From: Lepidodermella squamata
Taxonomy: Eukaryota; Animalia; Gastrotricha
DNA length: 64,000 bases
Reading direction: 5' to 3'
NCBI GenBank assembly: GCA_047495785.1
Contig: JBLDXI010000009.1
Span: forward strand, 3,038,001 to 3,102,000
The translations under genes and the position numbers were made by a program. The notes under the pieces are model-generated. The model worked only from the letters and a program-made list of their open reading frames with translations. It did not search any database and was not told the origin of the DNA. Shown in pieces: positions 37,709 to 50,381 of the stretch (position 1 is its first letter; the number at the start of each line of letters is the position of its first letter).

Positions 37709-39727
37709 ATGTCGGTCTCTCAGGCATTGCTTGGCGGTCCGAAGGGTTTTTTCGTCCTCTTCGACTACGCCTTCTCTTCTGTTGCCATAGTCGCTATTTC
37801 CCTGGTCCTCAAAGCCGCGTTGAAATGTCGCTTCGATTTGGTCGGCTATCGTTACTACCTGATTTCGCACCTAATAAGTGGACTATGGCTTTCCGTGGTC
37901 AACTGGGCTGCATTTCTATATCAGGGCATTTTCATGCCGCTGTACCTCGGCGGGACTGGGAAGAATTCTGATGCTGTAAAATGTACGGCTGACTTCCTGA
38001 GAAGTCTTCAACTAGTCGGCTATTTCGCAACTCTTCTCAATCTAGGCGCAATGTCATTGGATCACTACATTGGCATTGTAAGTCCGCATTAACTTCGTTA
38101 TACGCGATGTTTATTTTCGTTGTCTCATAGCTCGACCCACTATGTTACGCTAGAGTGAGTTTCTAATCCGTCTTTATCTCGTTAATGAAGAACATGTTTT
38201 TAATCATTTTTCAGTTCGCTAAAGCTAGTAGAAAAATAGCAATTTCCATTTGGATCGCCTCTTCTGTGATAGGATTCTCTGACTATGTTGCAACTACCGG
38301 CATTTACTTGTTTGCGGGCAAAGGAAGTGCTGAATTTGATCCTGTTACCATCAATACGAGCCTATCTAACTTGTCTACGGCCAGCCCTCTCCACATTACT
38401 TTCCGCTATGGTGGACAAACGAAATTCGATAGCCTGAAATGGATCGCAAAGCAAAGCAAGCTGGCCAAAGAAGGAAAGCCAGCTGCAGTTGCCAAGTATA
38501 GCAATTTTTCCAACTATGACCTAGAAAATATGGTCAAAGTCATGTCAAACAAAAGCAGTAGCGATAGGTAGATCTCGTCCGCTGGAAGATTTTGTTTATT
38601 AACTTGTTGTCCCTTTCAGCGAAATGGCTTCAAATGCTGAGTCTATTCTGCTGGATATTCTTTGGGATTCTTTGAATATGTCGATGTCTTCCGTCGTCAT
38701 ATGGCTTCCTGGTAGTCAAACGAGTTGGTGCGGGATACATTCTCGTGGAAAGCCAGTCCTCGAAGTCCTTGTCATGGCGATGACCTTAATTTGCTTGGCT
38801 TTCCTCATCATTTGTTACGCCAGGATTTTTCACGAGGTAATCAAATGTCTGATTATCAGTCAAGCCTTTCTATTTTAGAATTAGGTTCGTGGAGTGGTTA
38901 ATATTTCAAGCAAAACTGTTCGAAAATTGACAGCTACAACATTCCTACTCCTGACAACTTTTGTTCTGTGCTGGACACCATTTATGGTACATCTGAATTC
39001 TTCGAAGCATTGATAACCTAATTTTGACACAGGTAACGGAACTGGTCATGTTAATTTGGATAACATACGTGTGCCATTCGTCTTCCGACACGACATGCAT
39101 GACCAGGTTCACTGATGGAACTGGGCACCAGTAAGCTTCGCCTAATGCATTTTGCTCGATTATCAAATAACTTCATTTTTTTACTACAGAATCTTTTACA
39201 CCCTGAACAATTTCTTCAATAGTGCGATCATTTTTTATCCGCTTTTGAATGCCATAACGTACACAGCTCGAGTTCGCGTTATCCGAAAGTAAGTCTTTAG
39301 TATCATCAGCAACAATTGTTCGTCATTTGTAATCTCCCACAGGCGGATAATTCGCGACTTTGGCCGGTGCTTCCCCTGCGTCAAAACGTATGTCGACAAA
39401 ATGATGAGCGCGCAGAGATCAAACTTATATAATACCTACAAAATTCGGCGAAGAAGTTCCTTAGATAATGCTGCGATGAGCATGGACGAAAAACAGCAAG
39501 CAATCCGGCAAGAACTGCTTCCGTTTCTCTACAGAACCCACCATAGCAGAGCAAGTCTCGCTAGAAAATCGAGTAGCCTCCATCCAGACGGGTCGAACAG
39601 TTTTTACAGTAATATTGTGAAAGCACAGACCAGCCTCGACACGAGGCGGTTAATGGTTGTTGCTTGTGAGGAAGCTTGCATCAAGGAATCGCCTTTCGAA
39701 GATGCGAAAACCAATCCTGTAATCTGA
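37709..39727 (+). CDS. Orphan class A GPCR, G7
   Basis: LGGPKGFFVLFDY, GYRYYLISHLISGL, LGAMSLDHYIGI/LDPLCY, WC..LEVLV..CYARIFHEV, CWTPF, YPLLNAITYTARV. Confidence 0.86.
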
Positions 39728-42021
39728 CTGGAACAGATTTTTCTATGAGTAAAGGAAATAAAATGAATACATTTTTTAAGCTCATTCATACACATAATGT
39801 ATTAAATGAGATTTTTTGCTTGCGTGGAATGGGTTAGAGAGACCACTTATGCCGGCTTGTCGAATGAGATTACAAAAAGCGTGTAATCTGACGCATTGTC
39901 AGATCTGCGTTACCTATTTTGCTGACATTTGATTTAATAATATGTTGTTATTTACGCTCAACATATTTGGATGAACCGTAGTATATGAGCCTCAGAAGAA
40001 CAATTGCTGGAGATCGTTTGCTGCAGCCGGACATTAGCGCACAAAGGGGTGCGATAATGATTGGAATGATGCGTTTTTAAGGATTCGTTTCTGCTATGTA
40101 TCAGCCACACCTCTGATAACTACTTTCCTTGCATTCTACCATGCGTGGTCTTTTATCCCTGATCCAGTATACATTGATCGCAACTTTAACCTAGTATTTC
40201 GTAGAGCAAAATATACGGCTCTCCTTCAGCTACCGACTCTTGACTTACATTTTTAGCATCTCAAAATAATCGTGAGACCTAGAAGGCATACTATACTTCA
40301 CGCACTATAAAATTCAATTTATTTTATAGGCAGGAATGGATTTAAGTTTAAGGTAGCCACTTCCCTTTTATCAGCTTAAAGAGTTTGCTAAATTATTTAC
40401 TGGCGGTTTCCAGTCAATAATTTATCGATCATTCGGTATTCAGCATTATTAGGCCTCGGATTTAAGAAATCGATTGGTTACATAGCTTTTTTGCTGAACA
40501 AATATTATCGTTCAATATATCTTTATCATTACTTCAAAGGTATCATTAAGTATATATTTCTCTCGCTGTGGTGCAATTATCGCAATCATCAGAACAATAA
40601 ATTAAGATACGATTCGCATCTTCCACGGAGCGTCTTTCTTAGCCAAATGCTGACCATAATGCAGGCTCCTTGCCTTGGGCCTAGAATCGGTCAGCGTTAA
40701 TTTGAAAGACTTACTCACAGCCTTGGGCGTTCGTCACGAAACCTTATTTTCATGAATTTTTAATGCTCAAATTTTGCGGCATGCTTCTTAGTTGATAAAA
40801 AAACACAATCTGTCTGCGAATTTATCGATCCAGCTTCCTTCACAGGCCGCATGTTCTTAATTTCAAATCACAGTGGTGTTGCTGTGCCGTATCGCAAAAT
40901 TGCGTGATTTCGTCACCTGATGAAGGGACACCCCTGCATCGCCGCTCAAAGAAACAAATTATATTATACCATTGCGATCGTGCAATATTGAATTAATAGC
41001 CGCACTTGTGTCTTGCTGGGTTCGCGCACGTAAACAAGTTAGCACGGTATGCCCGTACCTGGTGCTGCAGTCGGCACGCGTGAGTGGCTTTCTCTATTAC
41101 CGGTGTTGCCAAGCGGCGCGCACGCAGCAATTTTGCGCCTTTTTTTCTTACCAGCCAGCGCGATGCAAAATAGATTTTTTTACAATTCATCGTCATCAGC
41201 GGCAGCAGTAATAAATTTACATCTTCTAGAAGGGTCGGAGTTGAACTTCTTTACCGGTAGCTTATTACGGCAGCAACTGCTGCCATTTCAAGAAATAAAT
41301 AGCCGTTCAACAATCGTGATTGCTTTATTGTAGATTTTTGCATCATTGCCAGGCCAGGCCAGTACATAGTAAAACATCAGCAAAAAAATCAGTCTATTAT
41401 CGTTTTTTTCACTTCACCCCGCGCCGTAATAAATTTACTGTATATGTCCACATGGCTAAACACGACAAAAGTGATTAGCCGGCAATATATATATCGCATA
41501 CACTACAAATTTATATATCGATGAGCAGCGATAAAAAAAATTTGAAGTTTTTTTGTGTCCAAATTCGTCCCGCGAGATCTGCCGTTTTATTCGCATCGAC
41601 TGAGCTCGGGACTGCTGCGACCCGGTTCTCAATATATGCGCGAGCCCCGATTTGATAAGCAGATGATTCGCTTCACTGGATTATGCGCGTGAGAACAAAA
41701 CAAGCTATCAACACTAGTTCTATACTTCCTCTTATACTCTATTTCACCCACCTTTCTTATTACAAACGTCCTGAATTCGCTTGTGCCAAAGGGACAACCC
41801 TTCTATACCGAATAGGATGAAAAGACTCCATTGATAAACCCGTCTGGCCCTTTTGTATAATGATCGTATTTTTCGAGTGCATTGCAGGTCGATGAATCTG
41901 TCGCTGTATTTACGTATTCTAGGTACTTACATGCCAGATCAGTGTATCATGTCTTGATCTCCATGATAATCCTCGCGTCGATAAATTTGTGAGAGCCTAG
42001 CGCTCGGCTGTCGACACAGCG

Positions 42022-44838
42022 ATGGAAGACGACGAATCGGCGACAGATGCCGTGGGGCCTATGTTCCTGCAGGGTCCCAAAGGCTACTTCATACTATTCG
42101 ACTATTTCGTATCTATACTGGCAATTTTAGGCAACGCCCTAATCCTGCAATGCGTGCTCAAAGTGCAGTTCGAGTTGACTGGTATATTACCTTGTAAATG
42201 ATGAAATCATCTTTCAGCCATGTTATTTCTGTCTAGGTTATCGACAGTTTCTGATCTCACTCGCAATAAGCGATCTGTACATCGTGAGTCCATGATTATA
42301 CTTCTAAGATTTCGGCAATTAACGATTGTTATTATTTGCTTTAGTGTTTTGTCAACATATTAACGTTTATTTACTCCGCCTTAATGATGTATTACCCGAA
42401 TCCGGAATTTCAAAAATGCGGTGCCGATATTCTCAGATCGATGCAATTTTGCGGTTTCTTTGCAAATCTTCTCAATCTATGCGGTAAGTTTTTCTCAATT
42501 TTCCCCTCCCTTAAAAGTTATAACTCTTAATCTAGGAATGAGTGTTGATCATTTCATCGGCATAGTCTACCCTCTGCGCTACTGTGATGTAAGTAAGCTA
42601 CCGACTGAAATGGCCCTAATTGTATTCATTCTTTTTCAGTTTATGAGTCCGAAAATTGCTCGAATGGCTGTTGTGTCAATATGGATCGTCTCAATAATAA
42701 TTGGTGAATATCGATAATTGTTAACTCCCATTGTCGGAAAAACCTCGTTTTCGATAGGTTTTGCTGATTTCCCGATTTCGTTGGGAATGTATTTAGTTCA
42801 GCAAAATCAAGCAACCTCAGTTACGGCAAGCATGATGCAGACCACTCCTATGCAAACACTCGAGCCTATTGCATTCACTTCGTCGAGTAACAAATCGCCT
42901 ATTGCGCCTCTTCGATTCGGTTTTCCCAATGCAGATGCCAACAGTCCAGATGGAAATTACTCCGATTTTGCTGGGGAAGAATCACGAGACAATCTTGATA
43001 ATTACATCATGTCAGCTGACTTGGGAGACATTTTAACGTCACTTGTGGGAGGGTTAGCTCAGTCGAACCAAATGCCTTCATGTAATTACTTTTTATCTCA
43101 GGAATTTGCAGAGAGAGTTTGGGATCGAAGTTAACGATACAACGAAAGATAAGCTGAAAAACATCATTAGAGTTATCGAACAACCAAAAGCTGAGCAGAC
43201 TAGCTTCTGCACTACTTCTCATCCCAACCGAGGCTGGCTGGAGTTTTCCGTCATGGTAAGGCATTTCTTCTGAGATTGCTCTCACGACTATATTTTCGAT
43301 TGGTTTAGACATTGACAGTCATCTGCTTTTTCTTCCTGTCGATATGTTACGGCCGAATCTTTAAGGAAGTATTCGGCAGTGTCGACCAGGCTGAAAGAAA
43401 TATTCGAAAGTTGATTATTACTACGTTCATTCTCCTCGGTGCTTTCACAATGTAAGAACTTTGAAATTCACGTCATCGAAAAATATAACTAACGTTTTTC
43501 AGATGTTGGATGCCTTGTAAGTTCATTTTCTCTGAGAGGGATTTTTTGTAATTTTTTAATACTGTAGTTATGATTTTTGAGTTCATCATGGTTATCACTT
43601 TGTACATAAATGCTGGCACAGCAATGTCATCATCGGCTAGTCTCTTTATAGTTAACAATGTGGTAAGTGATAATTTGAATATTCATAAAAATATTATTGC
43701 AATTCATCTTCTTTGATAGTTTAATTCTATGCTTATCTGTGCCCCTTTACTCGATCCTTTGATCTATTCTGTTCGGATGCGAATAATCAGAAGGTGAGTC
43801 ACTTCCTAATATCAAACTATGATTTGAATTTCGATGTAATTTAGATACTTCTTGATGAGATATAAACGATTTATGCCGTGTTGTAAAGCTTACATCGATA
43901 AGGCGGTAACACGCCGGCCGACCTTCGCAATGACCTCAGGACCTAGCCATTCATCGATGGCGAATCGGAAAGCGAACAGCGTGATGACTCAGCAACGTGT
44001 CGCTGAAGCAAATGGCCTGGGCAGTCCGGCGAGCCTGAAAATAGACCACAACTACGTGCAGCATGAGAAGAAGAAGAGTTACGAAGCTACGTCGCCACTT
44101 CTCGAGTCTGGGAAGCATTCGAGCGCGGTAAGTCGACCTCCGGCTATCTACACCGCTGGCAATAGATACCGGCAGAAGATGAAGGAGTTGGACATGAAAG
44201 AACAGGCTCGAATCAACATGATGAAAGGAAGTCCTCAGGCCAAGTACGAGGCCAGGCGGCACTCCAGTATCCATGCTTGCGACTCATCGCCCTCCCTGAA
44301 GGTGAGGATGCTCTACGACAAAAGGCCCAGTCTCAAGTCATCGAAGAGCAACAGTGATTTGATTGAGGAAGGGAATGAAGAGCCACCGCCAACGAATAAC
44401 GTTGATCAGGAGGACAAAGGATTGACCTGTTTGATTCATTCTAGGAACGAAACTCCGTCAAAATCTCCTCGCCCGCGACCTCCTAATCAGTTGTTGATAG
44501 ACCAATCAGTAATGACTGATTATGTGCCTATATGTTCCTGCCAGTCTCCGCCGTCTGTTGCCAGCCCTAAGTCAATTGAATTCGGTAGTTCGGATGAAGT
44601 CATTCAAAAGTTCCGCGGCAATGCGAGTAGGCTGATGGATTTCGAAGAGCCGCAGAATAACGCAATTTTGTTGACGCGACTTGCCCGAGCTGGTTACCCT
44701 GGTACAGATCGCCTACCCCGCAAGCAATTGAAGGCACTCGGCCATTTGAATAATCGCGTTTTGATGGGCAAGTCGCCAACAATGGGCGATCTATCAACGC
44801 CGGCTGATGACTTGTATGTGGTCACGACTAATTGCTGA
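42022..44838 (+). CDS. Orphan class A GPCR, G8 (about 11 short introns)
   Basis: MEDDES..FLQGPKGYFILFDY, GNALIL, GYRQFLISLAISDL, LCGMSVDHFIGIVYPLRY, FC..GWLEFSV, CYGRIFKEV, CWMPF (14-nt microexon), APLLDPLIYSVRM. Confidence 0.87.
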
Positions 44839-45425
44839 CTATTCAGATAAGACTATGCTTTTCGGTACCTTATGATCTCGGTATTACAACCTTGCGTAGT
44901 GATTTTCGAACCGGTGATTCAGGTATTATATAAATTATTTCCTAAAGAAATCATGCGCTTCCAGTTGCGACTGACCATTTGAGTTATTATGCTTTATACT
45001 TACTTGTTTCTCAGCTCTATACCCTCACTCAATTTCCTAATAAATGTTATAAATCCTGGACTGCCTATCTTAATAACTAATGTTGGTTTTTCACAGAGAA
45101 ATGATAAATAATAAAGTCAGCTAATGTGCGCCAAATATTTTGAGAATTAGTACCATATCCTGGCCTGCCGCATGTTTTAATTATATTTCACGTCGATAAC
45201 AGGCACTGTAAAAGACGTGAAGAGCCGGCGAGGCAAAATGAAGCATTAGCATGCATGATTTGCCGCGCATCAGCTCTTTGCATTGACTCTCTGAATGATT
45301 CAATTAGTATTAATGTATCGGCGCGTCGGATGACGCGAAAGACTACCCACCGCGCTACTTGGTTTCGTGGTTTCCGCCACTGAATACAAAAAAATATTAA
45401 CACAATGACATTTTTATGATGCAAA

Positions 45426-47828
45426 ATGACCAAGTTCCTCGAAGGCCCTAAAGGACATTTTATAATCATTGATTACGTCGTATCGCTTCTGGCGATTCCA
45501 TGCAATTGTCTGGTTCTGGAGAGCCTCCTTAAATCGCACTTCAGTCTCACAGGCTACCGGCGGCTTCTCATCAGCTTGACGATTTCGGACCTGTACATTT
45601 GCATCGTTAATTTGATCACATTCCTATTTCAAGCAATGTCGAGTTTCAACTCAAACGCTCGGCTGGAAAAGTGCAGCGCAGATCTGCTCCGAGGTCTGAT
45701 GTTCGTCGGGTTTTTCGGTATTTTTCCCATAATTTACATCCAAATTACCCCTTTCAATCTTTTCCAGCAAATTTATTTAATTTATGCGGTATGAGCATTG
45801 ATCACTTGGTTGGGATCGTAAGTTAACGATAATCGTTGTAAATTTCGATTTTAATTTTTCACAATTTAGCTGTACCCGCTCCGATACAGATACGTAAGAT
45901 TTGACTCCTATTTCCAAAAACATAAATCGTAACTTCTTTACCATCAAGTTGATAAGTAAACGAGTTGCTAGGACAGCGGTTGCTTCGATTTGGGCGGTCT
46001 CGATAATGTTGGGGTTCGCTGATTTCCCCATAATAACCCTGGTCTATATGCAACGCAAATATGAACATAATTATGTCGATCCACTGCCGCTCGAAGATTT
46101 CGAACCAGCAATTGCGTCAAATTCATCCGAGGAAACAAAGGTCATAGAATCAGCGATTTTGCATCTCCTAGGCTTCCAGACCACTCCATCTTCCCTGGAA
46201 GCAAGTGGAGAGGCTAACATATCTGATCAGGGTTACCTAAGTCTGCCGCTGGACATAACGATCAACTTGAAAGACTTCAATGAATCAGTTGATATTGCAA
46301 CTGTTGAGGAGGCCAACATGAGATGCATACTCCCAACCGATCTCGAAAATATCTGGCCGCACTTGGTTACACAGAACGGGTAAAACTTGATAACGGTAAC
46401 CAATTTTCATCTAATTTCTAAATTCACAGATCATTCCTATTTGATAACTTCACCATGGCCACGAATGGTTACGATTTTTTCAAAGGAATCAAATGCAACA
46501 CTGAGCATTTGGATTGGTGCACGTTTTACCTGGTAACTTGATAAAGATGAATGACACCGCTTATGATTTGTTGTCTGATAGGTTAACAATTACTGGCAAG
46601 AAATAGGAGTAATTTCTTTGACACTCGTTGGCACGATTTTTCTCGCAGTCTGCTACGGAAGAATATTCAAGGAAGTATTTGTTAACATTGACGCATCTAG
46701 AAGGAATCTCAGAAAACTAGTGATGACAACATTTTTGCTGCTCGGCAGCTTCACCATCTGGTATGTTTTGGTTCTAGATGTTGATAATGAAAAACTCAAT
46801 TTTCTTCAAGCTGGTTGCCCTTTATGACTTTCGAGTTTGGAATGCTGCTGTTCCTGTAAGTTTTCTCGTTTTAGCGGTCAGTTGACTTGAAGTTTTGTAT
46901 TAGAAGTCAGTCCAATTACGATTTGGGGAAAAACCAAGGATTTCCCTACTCAGCCAGGTTGTAAGTGTTTCTGTCGTTGATCCACCTTAATAATCTGTCT
47001 TTCAGCTTATTTGTCGTTCATAACTGCTTGAATACGATTTTAATCTGCTATCCGTTGGTCGATCCGCTCATCTACTGCACAAGAGTTCCATTGGTGCAAA
47101 GGTTCGTCTCAGCCTTTAATTTCAACTTTCATCGTACTGATCTCTACTTTAGGTACCTTCTTTGCAAATACTGTCATAGAATACCATGGGTGAGAAGTTA
47201 CCTGGAGAGATCGAGCTCGAACATTCGTCGATCTACAAAGTCCTCCTTAATAAGAACTTTATATAACCGCGACGCCACGGCGGACAAGAGACAGCTCCCT
47301 GCTGATATAATCGATGCGATTGACACCCTCCACCTTAACCTACCTGGGGTTGTCTTGGATAATCTAGAAAACATTGATAGCGACGCTCCCGAGGAAGTTG
47401 AAGCACCTGCCCCCGAGGCTGTTTGTACTCTACGGAGGGACAGCGTTCATTTTGAGGCTCAATCTTTCGACGCGAAAGCAGCTAGACGGCGGAGTGAGAG
47501 CATTGCTGGTATCACCATTGAAATTACCAGGGCGAGTGTATTGCCGGAGAGTTACGACGAACTCGTCACTATGAACTCAGAGATCCTTCCATTTTCCATA
47601 TTTCCTACCTTCTCCCCGAAAAAGTCGGCAGCAGATGTAAGACGATCGACTAGCTACCTGAAGAACTTCAAGCGGAAGTCGTCGCTGACCCCCGGAATGC
47701 CAGTCAGGCCTTCGGATTCTGCTGAGCGCGCTCTACTGCGGGCTGCGGAAGCCAACGCCGCTTCTTCATCTCCAAATCTGTTTTTCCACCGCAGCAAATC
47801 GCCTAGCCTTGCTGAAGTGCCCGAGTAG
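45426..47828 (+). CDS. Orphan class A GPCR, G9
   Basis: FLEGPKGHFIIIDY, GYRRLLISLTISDL, LCGMSIDHLVGI/LYPLRY, CYGRIFKEV, CWLPF, YPLVDPLIYCTRV. Confidence 0.87.
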
Positions 47829-48152
47829 CAGAGGGTGTAATGCACTTGCAGATTATTATTTTTGTGTCGATATTTTTTCCACACACACGCCATTGCCAGG
47901 ACGTCATGTGGCATATTCGCGCATATGACTCGACGGACGAAGCCATTTGCTATTTTGTATATTAATCCGCCTGAAAAAATCGTGAAAAATAAACGCGTGG
48001 TTTGGCTTACCTGCGTCATGTTGTTTTCTGTAAAAGCCAATTCGGTGTGTCCCGAATCCTTATACCCTGATACGATCAGTTAAATGCGATTTGTGATTTT
48101 TTGCAATTAAATCCGACTTCATTATGCTTGAGCTAAATAGTAGAATTTCTGG

Positions 48153-48424
48153 GCGCGCGCTGATTGGTCAATCGATCGTTGCTATGACTCCCGGATGAAA
48201 CATGTAGGTTGGGCGATCCATTGAATTTTTTGCAACAGGTGTTTTTTGCCGCAGTAAATTGCTACGATTATTATGGGGTTTACGCTCGTGGTCAATGGAA
48301 ACCGTGCAGAGGGTGTGGCAAGGTCATTTTTTGCATAAATAGAAAATAATTTATTAGTGGATTGCACGACTAAATTGTTTCATCCCGGAGTCATAGCAAC
48401 AATAAATTGACCAATCAGCGCGCG
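48153..48424. mobile_element. MITE-like/foldback element (degenerate inverted repeat)
   Basis: The left arm GCGCGCGCTGATTGGTCAATCGATCGTTGCTATGACTCCCGGATGAAACA...CGATCCA (48153-48220) matches the reverse complement of 48358-48424. Weaker symmetry continues inward and outward (~48121-48458). No coding capacity; no target-site duplication identified. Confidence 0.65.
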
Positions 48425-48549
48425 GCTCAAAGTGCTACTTACTACTTGAAACACAATGTTATTTCTTTCCATCGAAACGAGATCATGCACCTAACTAATC
48501 GCAGTGAATAATTTTTCTGACTGTCATCATTTCAAGAGGATTCGAAGAC

Positions 48550-50279
48550 ATGAGTTTTACGAACAATTTTGACGTTGCCATTGCGTTAGTGGGGCTAATC
48601 ACTAACATCCTCGCCCTGGAAGCTGTCGTGACTGGGAAGTTCAGCCTTGCAGGATACAAACGATTTCTAATAAGGTAGCTCCTTATAATTCTGCAAGATT
48701 CCCCCTTTTAGCTGATTTTACAGCCTCTTAGTAAGTGATCTATGCATATGCACCGTCACTATCCTGCTCTTCGCCTTACAAACCATGTCTGAGTTCGACG
48801 ATATCAGCGATGGGGGATACAAGTGCCTCGCTGAGGTTGGCCGAAGCCTCGAAATCATTTCCTTAACGGCCAACTTACTCAATCTTTGCGGAATGAGCGT
48901 CGATCATTTCATTGGAATCGTGAGTTTGAAGGCTAAAATCCCGAAATTGTTAACTCTCAATTTCAAGGTCTATCCGTTGCGATACAATTACATCTCGAAT
49001 CTGGGCGTGGCACGAGCTGCAGTATATATCATTTGGATTCTTTCTCTCGTTATTGGCTTCGCTGACTACCCGGTTCGGCTTCTGGCATATGCAACCTCAG
49101 GACCTCAGGCACTGAGTGAAATTCCAGGTGACTACTACAACAACTGCAAAAGTGCCGATAGTAAGCCCTATCTTGAAAACATCACTCGAGCTCTCGGCCT
49201 TGAATCCACCGAAAATGTCTCGGGATCTAGTGAGGACTTCAAATTCGAAATGTTCGACATAGCTGAGTTGAAGGAGATTTTCAACTCGGTACTTAATAGC
49301 ACTGCCGTAAACGACACTTGCTTAAACAAAACACGTCTTTACGAACTGCAAAGGCAGCAAGATCAAGCTCTTGATGCAATGTACATCCCCACCAGCTGGT
49401 GTTCCTACTTCGACGGAAGTTACAAAGTTTGGCTGGAAATCATTGTCATGACGTTGTCAGTTCTATCGTTGATATTTCTCGGAATATGCTACGGTCTGGT
49501 TTTCCGGGCAGCTATCGACCACAGCGACTCATCGCGCCGTAGCTTGAAGAAATTAGTCTTTACGACTATCCTTCTTCTCGGGACATTCACGATTTGGTAA
49601 GTAATCATTTTAATGGTTTGGAAAATAATGATTTTTGGATCATTAGCTGGGTGCCTTTTGTTGCCTATGAATGCATCATGGTGCTAATTTTGAGGCTAAG
49701 TCAATCTCCGATGAAGAGCTCATCTGCCGAGACTTATTTCATGATTCATACCATTCTTCACTCTCTTTGCATAACCTGCTCGCCCCTTTTTGTCCCAATC
49801 ATTTACGCTGCTCGAGTTAAAGCCGTTCAACGGTAATTATTTGACTGATGCTTTTATATAATTTGATTATCTTTCTAAATAGCCGTGTCTTGGAGCAATT
49901 CGGATGCATCATGCCGATATGCTTGAGGAGCTATTTAATGAGGAATTTAGGCGAACGTCGTTCTGATCAATTAACCGCCGATAATTGGCTTTACCGTCCT
50001 CGCAGCTCATCTTATGTCGGATCGCATGAAGAGCTAGTTCGAGGACATAGTGGTGGCGAACGGAAACTACTAAAATGCCCCAATGCGAGACATCTCCATC
50101 AACTCAGCTGTAGTCAGAACTGTTCCCGAGACAACTTGGCCTCGGCTACTAGATCGACCAGCTGCCGCGAGTTGGCTTGCTCCGAAAGCTTTATGAACGT
50201 GTTCCCGCTGAACAGCCGAACGCCTGAACCTCACAGGCCGGAAATGAAGCGTAACAAGTTCAGTTTCATCGACGAGTGA
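48550..50279 (+). CDS. Orphan class A GPCR, G10
   Basis: MSFTNNFDVAIALVGLITNILAL, GYKRFLISLLVSDL, LCGMSVDHFIGI/VYPLRY, WCSYFDGSYKVWLEII, CWVPF, SPLFVPIIYAARV; 4 introns. Confidence 0.87.
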
Positions 50280-50381
50280 ATCGATAGCCTAAACTCGACC
50301 TAAACTTAGTTCACTTTATAGAATCGTGAAGGCGTGTCACTTATGTTTATTTCCTTCCGTCATATAAAAATTGATTTGTTT

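Noticed and set aside
39800-42000. Short ORFs in the G7-G8 spacer
   Set aside because: No homology, signal peptide or consistent splice chain; probably regulatory or 5'-UTR sequence.
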